A stretch of 64,000 nucleotides of DNA, from positions 27,432 through 91,431 of the forward strand of contig JACVGT010000025.1 of NCBI GenBank assembly GCA_018992685.1, given 5' to 3'. Below, piece by piece: positions 59,371-64,000 of this stretch. How positions within the stretch are numbered: position 1 is the stretch's first letter; each line of letters begins with the position of its first letter. This stretch comes from Theionarchaea archaeon. Lineage in GTDB: Archaea > Methanobacteriota_B > Thermococci > Methanofastidiosales > SZ-28-30. The position numbers and the translations under genes were made by a program. The notes under the pieces are model-generated. The model had not been told where the DNA came from. It searched no databases and saw nothing but the letters and a program-made list of their open reading frames with translations.

Positions 59371-60261
59371 ATGGAAGTCCTGGTAACAGGAGGGTGTGGC
59401 TTCATTGGCAGCCACCTCGTAGAAGAATTGGTATCTCAGGGACATGAGGTGATGGTAGTGGACAACCTACACACAGGATCACGGAAGAATATCAAAGGAC
59501 TGGATATCACCTTCTTGGAAAAAGACTGTGGGGTCCTGACTGCAGAAGACGTGTCCCACACAGAGGGGATATTTCACCTCGGCATATATTCTTCTTCCCC
59601 CATGTACAGGAAAGACCCCTCGTTGGTGGGAAAGGCGGTGACTGATTTCTTGAATATGCTTGCACTGGCCCGGACTTTCGATGTTCGAATGGTGTGGGCC
59701 TCCACATCTTCCATATACAACGGGAACCCGCTTCCCTGGAAGGAAGATATGTCCATACTGGTAAAGGACTACTATACAGAGGCTCGGTATTTCATGGAGA
59801 GACTGGCAGATCTGCACTATGACTGGTACAGAACGGAGACTATTGGACTGCGGTTTTTCTCGGTATACGGCCCACGAGAAGAAGCCAAAGGACGGTTCGC
59901 CAATCTCGCTTCCCAGTTTCTGTGGTCTATGAAAGAAGGAAATCCACCTATTATCTATGGGGATGGCACCCAAAAGCGGGACTTCACCCATGTGTATGAC
60001 ATCGTACAGGGGATTCTCAGAGCATTTGGTTCTCATGTGGAACATGACATTTTCAATCTGGGGACAGGTGTCTCCTACAGCCTCAATGAGCTGACAGATC
60101 TTATCAATGGAGCGTTACATTCAGACGTACGGCCAGAGTACGTAAACAATCCTATCAAGGGATATATCGAAGAGACGCTGGCAGACATCACCAAGGCAAA
60201 GGACATTCTCGATTTTGAAGCAGATATTGACCTTGAGAAGGGAATTCAGACTATGGTCTGA
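59371..60261 (+). CDS. NAD-dependent epimerase/dehydratase
   Basis: VTGGCGFIG, LRFFSVYGP, GDGTQKRDF; YxxxK reads YTEAR. Confidence 0.9.
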   Translation: MEVLVTGGCGFIGSHLVEELVSQGHEVMVVDNLHTGSRKNIKGLDITFLEKDCGVLTAEDVSHTEGIFHLGIYSSSPMYRKDPSLVGKAVTDFLNMLALARTFDVRMVWASTSSIYNGNPLPWKEDMSILVKDYYTEARYFMERLADLHYDWYRTETIGLRFFSVYGPREEAKGRFANLASQFLWSMKEGNPPIIYGDGTQKRDFTHVYDIVQGILRAFGSHVEHDIFNLGTGVSYSLNELTDLINGALHSDVRPEYVNNPIKGYIEETLADITKAKDILDFEADIDLEKGIQTMV

Positions 60262-60279
60262 TTGAAAAGGGGTATCACC

Positions 60280-61203
60280 ATGAGATCAGTTATTATGGCA
60301 GGAGGATATGCTACCCGGCTCTTACCTCTCACTGAAACCAGGCCCAAATCGCTGCTGCCAGTGGCAGGAATCCCCCTCATCGAGTATCTCGTGAAGAGAA
60401 TTCCAGGCACCGAGATTGCGGTGACTATCAACAGGAAATTCGAGGGAGCTTTCAGAAAGTGGAAATCTGAATGTCCTGGTGGGAAGGATATCCACTTGTG
60501 CATTGAGGACACCCGTGATGAAGAGGGAAAACTGGGAACAATAGGCGCTCTGGCTCATTTTATTGAAAAAGAAAACGTGAAAGAGGATCTCCTGGTAGTT
60601 GCAGGGGATAATCTGTTTGAATTTGATATATCGGATTTCATGAATCGCTTCTCTGGTAACATCCTTATTGCACTTCATGATATGAAAGACCCACAGAAGG
60701 TCAGGGGAAGATATGGCGTAGCAGCACTTAGCGGGGGAAAGATTCTCACGTTTGAGGAAAAGCCCGAGTTCCCTCAGTCAGCACTGATCAGCACAGGGGT
60801 TTATGTACTCCCAGAAAGGGCGCTCCCTCTCCTTTCTGAATTCTTGATGTGTCAAGAAGGTGAACAAAGAATGCTGGGAGGGAGCAGGGACGCTCCTGGT
60901 CATTTTGTGGAGTGGGTGCTTGAGCGGGAGAATGTGGATGGATTTCCATTTGAGGATGCCTGGTTTGACATTGGAGATAGGGAATCATACATACAGGCAA
61001 ATATGGAATATGGTCATAAATCATATGTGGGCAGGGGATGTTCCATTGAGAGGTCAATACTTGAGGAATCAGTTGTTCTCGACGGCGTCACTATGGTGGA
61101 CTGCACAATACGAAAGAGTATCGTTGATGAGGGCTGTGAACTCGAGGGAGTCACCCTCGCTGAGAGTATCGTGGGAGCTGGCTCCAAAATCAGGAAGTGT
61201 TAG
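60280..61203 (+). CDS. Sugar-phosphate nucleotidyltransferase
   Basis: MAGGYATRLLPLT...PKSLL, AGDN, FEEKP, WFDIG, short LbH tail. Confidence 0.9.
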   Translation: MRSVIMAGGYATRLLPLTETRPKSLLPVAGIPLIEYLVKRIPGTEIAVTINRKFEGAFRKWKSECPGGKDIHLCIEDTRDEEGKLGTIGALAHFIEKENVKEDLLVVAGDNLFEFDISDFMNRFSGNILIALHDMKDPQKVRGRYGVAALSGGKILTFEEKPEFPQSALISTGVYVLPERALPLLSEFLMCQEGEQRMLGGSRDAPGHFVEWVLERENVDGFPFEDAWFDIGDRESYIQANMEYGHKSYVGRGCSIERSILEESVVLDGVTMVDCTIRKSIVDEGCELEGVTLAESIVGAGSKIRKC

Positions 61204-61560
61204 TAGCAGCAATTGAATACCGGTGAACCTTGAGAGCACGATTCAAGATGAATACTTCTTGCATTTGGAACAATAGCGTAAGAGTGTAGTGAATTCTATG
61301 GATCACCGGAAGGGCGTGAGGGAAAAGTGGAGTTGTCTAATAAATCCTCCCTTCTCTCAATAGTTCAATGACCTTTGCTTATGCCTTGAGGTTCCAGTAT
61401 CTCTGTCGCTTTGAAGACCAGGTTCGTATTCTGGTTGTTTTGTTCATAAAAACCTGAGAACCGGTCTCTTTTTAGATTTAAGTCATGACCCACCGAAACT
61501 GAAAAAAATTGTCAGACAACCCCGGGAAAACCATAAATAGTGTAGGTAACTCATGCACTC

Positions 61561-62679
61561 ATGGGTATGAAGGAACGTATATTTGGAATGACTCTCAAGA
61601 GCATTGTTAGAAAAAAGATGAGAAGCGGGCTGACGGTTCTCGGTATCGCCATTGGAATCATGCTAGTGACTGCTTTGCTGATGGTATCCACAGGACTGGA
61701 AGCTCAGTTCAAGAGAGTCGTTGAGGAAGGCGGCGGCGATTTTGTTGTCATGGATAAAACTGCACCCGATCTCATGCTGAGCAGAGTGGACAGTACTGCA
61801 CAGCAGGCCATTGAACGTATGGGGGGCATCTCTTGGGTATCAGGAATGATTTTCACCACAGCGCAGATAGGAGACAGACCGTATGTCATGATGTTTGGCG
61901 TGGAAACAACTGAAAGGAACCTCCAGCAATTCAAAATTATTCAAGGGAGAACGCTGAACCAGGATGACAGAGGCAAAATCATCATGGGAAGGACGATTGC
62001 AGTGCAAGAAGGATACCAGGTGGGAAGCACTCTTGAAATAAAGGGCAGTTCTTTTAGTGTCGTTGGTATTTATGAGACAGGAGCTTCTTTTGAAGATGGT
62101 GGTGTCATCATGTCCCTGTCTGAGGTGCAGACTCTCTTTGATATGAGAAACCTGGTCTCACTGCTTCAGGTGAAAGCGGAAGACACAACCAACACGGAGG
62201 CAATCAGAGCCGAGGTGGAGAGCACGTTCCCGAAATTCATAGCTTTGAAGAGCACAGACGTGGCGTCAAAACAGGAGGACCTCCAGCTGATTACGAGTAT
62301 TTCCGCGTTGATTTCTCTCATTGCCATAGTGGTGGGAAGCATTATCGTCATGAATACCATGATCATGTCAGTCATGGAAAGAACACGGGAAATTGGGATT
62401 TTAAGAGCAGTTGGTTGGAAGAGCAGAAAAGTCCTGTCCATGGTTCTCAAGGAATCGCTGGCTATGAGTATTATTGGGGGAGTCATTGGAATCGTGATAG
62501 CTGCGGGATTGGTGAATGCTTTGGCTAAAGCGGCCCAACTTCCAGTAGATCTTCCTGTTACGGCAGACCTCGTGGTGAGCGCCTTTATTATTGCAGTGAT
62601 CTTGGGCTTTCTGGGAGGATTCTACCCTGCTTTGAGGGCTTCTCGAATGAGTCCTATGGAGGCTTTATCTCATGAGTGA
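61561..62679 (+). CDS. MacB/FtsX-type ABC transporter permease
   Basis: RSGLTVLGIAIGI, MSVMERTREIGILRAVG, YPALRASRMSPMEAL. Confidence 0.92.
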   Translation: MGMKERIFGMTLKSIVRKKMRSGLTVLGIAIGIMLVTALLMVSTGLEAQFKRVVEEGGGDFVVMDKTAPDLMLSRVDSTAQQAIERMGGISWVSGMIFTTAQIGDRPYVMMFGVETTERNLQQFKIIQGRTLNQDDRGKIIMGRTIAVQEGYQVGSTLEIKGSSFSVVGIYETGASFEDGGVIMSLSEVQTLFDMRNLVSLLQVKAEDTTNTEAIRAEVESTFPKFIALKSTDVASKQEDLQLITSISALISLIAIVVGSIIVMNTMIMSVMERTREIGILRAVGWKSRKVLSMVLKESLAMSIIGGVIGIVIAAGLVNALAKAAQLPVDLPVTADLVVSAFIIAVILGFLGGFYPALRASRMSPMEALSHE

Positions 62680-62688
62680 GGTGATATC

Positions 62689-63531
62689 ATGTTTCTTACA
62701 ACAGAGAATTTGACCAAGGATTTTGGGGACGTACAGGCAGTGCTGGATGTCAACCTTGAGATTGACAGGGGAGAATTTGTCTCTATCATGGGACCTTCAG
62801 GATCGGGAAAGACAACACTCCTCACTTTGCTCGGCGCTCTGGATACACCTTCTTCAGGAGAGGTCTTCATTGAGGGTGAACCTCTTTCTGGCATCAAAGA
62901 CGTGGATTTATTCAGATCAAAGAAGGTGGGGTTTGTCTTCCAGTTTCATAACCTCATTAGCTATCTCAATGCTCTTGAAAATGTTGAAATACCCATGCAT
63001 GGGCCGATGTCAGGCACTGAGCGTCGAGCACGAGCAATTGAGCTTCTGGAGCTGGTGGGCCTTGGGGAGAGGGTGTACCACAACCCGTCTCAACTCTCGG
63101 GTGGGGAACGACAGAGAGTGGCAGTGGCCAGAGCCCTAGTGAACGATCCTGCACTTGTTCTCGCAGATGAGCCTACGGGTGAGTTGGACTCTAAGACCTC
63201 AATAGAGATCATCCAACTCATGAAAAAAATCAACAAGGAGAAAGGGACAACTTTTATTGTGGTAACCCATGATCCTGAAGTGGCCAAAAAGGCAGAGAAG
63301 ATTATTTTCCTGAAAAATGGGACAATTGCGAGACAAGAAGCAGTCAAGAGTGAATCTGTAGAAGACGTCCTAGCTCTGAGGAATTCAGCCTTTGGACAGC
63401 AGCTGATCGAAAAGAAAGCCACAGACCCTTACATGGAGAACCTGGGAGTTTTCAAAGGAGGAACCCTCACCAAAGAGGGAGAAGCAGTGCTTTCTGTACT
63501 GGAGAAGGCTGAAGCTATTGAACGTGATTGA
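62689..63531 (+). CDS. ABC transporter ATP-binding subunit (LolD/MacB-like)
   Basis: GPSGSGKT, LSGGERQR, LADEPTG, VTHD. Confidence 0.94.
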   Translation: MFLTTENLTKDFGDVQAVLDVNLEIDRGEFVSIMGPSGSGKTTLLTLLGALDTPSSGEVFIEGEPLSGIKDVDLFRSKKVGFVFQFHNLISYLNALENVEIPMHGPMSGTERRARAIELLELVGLGERVYHNPSQLSGGERQRVAVARALVNDPALVLADEPTGELDSKTSIEIIQLMKKINKEKGTTFIVVTHDPEVAKKAEKIIFLKNGTIARQEAVKSESVEDVLALRNSAFGQQLIEKKATDPYMENLGVFKGGTLTKEGEAVLSVLEKAEAIERD

Positions 63532-63819
63532 GGAACTTCTTCTTTTCTTCTCTTTTTTTTGAAAACCTATCAGATCGTGGGGTTGCAATATCATGATGTG
63601 GAGATATACGTTCTGTCCCTTGGCTTTTGAATCAGGGGGGCACTTTCTTCAGTCAATTTCCGCTCCCTAGAGATTATCTCTTGAATCCGTATATGTAGAG
63701 GTACTCACTTCATTAGCTTTTCATTCTGTCAATAACAAGCATCCATGAGCTGCTTCCTTAGATTCAAGCTGCATACAACAGATTTCCACATCCGGGATTA
63801 CTGTCAAACTCAAAACCGA

Positions 63820-64000
63820 TGTAATATCACCAGACATGGGTGACACTTTTGACACTACACATAGGTAACACTTCTTATAAGTCTCATGGCAACCGCTCCT
63901 CATATCTCGCGTGAGGCGTTGCACCGTTGATGCCCATGTGAGACCTTTCGTGATTGTAGTAGTACACGTATTCGTCCAATGCCAGCTGGGCCTCCTCTAC
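63820..64000 (-). mobile_element. Downstream end of an IS481-family element with the transposase C-terminus (stop at 63884)
   Basis: Minus strand reads ...EYVYYYNHERSHMGINGATPHARYEERLP*; terminus TGT at 63820 with two sub-terminal repeats ACATGGGTGACACTT (63834) and ACATAGGTAACACTT (63859). Confidence 0.85.

Noticed and set aside
223-63594. Numerous 60-220 aa ORFs overlapping the called genes
   Set aside because: Antisense or off-frame shadows of well-supported genes, with no motifs or ribosome-binding sites
63721-63924. 67-aa minus-strand ORF
   Set aside because: Out of frame with the transposase tail and crosses the IS481 terminus

Overview
Archaeal chromosomal window. Evidence: archaeal-type D-aminoacyl-tRNA deacylase, TATA/BRE promoters, GGAGGTGA ribosome-binding sites and tRNAs without encoded CCA. 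The gene style suggests Theionarchaea or a related lineage, which is an inference. Ordinary housekeeping and metabolic genes occupy about 1-14 kb and 47-63.5 kb. Between them is an accessory region downstream of a tRNA-Val/tRNA-Cys pair. The central result is a candidate ~25 kb integrated element (21707-46790), bounded by an 11-bp copy of the tRNA-Cys 3' end that lies just upstream of a tyrosine integrase with a C-terminal zinc ribbon. The element carries: a double winged-helix protein next to an array of helically phased TGGCAC-N-GTGCCA palindromes (candidate origin or recombination site); a 2,264-aa secreted RHS protein with an HExxH C-terminal domain followed by a membrane-anchored beta-propeller; a two-gene PD-(D/E)xK nuclease locus (candidate defence system); and a four-gene operon led by an unusual ASGLVRD heptad-repeat protein. 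To its left (about 16.0-21.7 kb) are remnants of what looks like an older sibling element: a second palindrome array and a doubly frameshifted fragment of the heptad gene. Also noted: a small secreted peptide convergent on a tandem-Lrp regulator, an NLP/Vps62-like protein with a peptidoglycan-binding-type motif, and IS5 and IS481 fragments. All calls were made by eye, without database searches.
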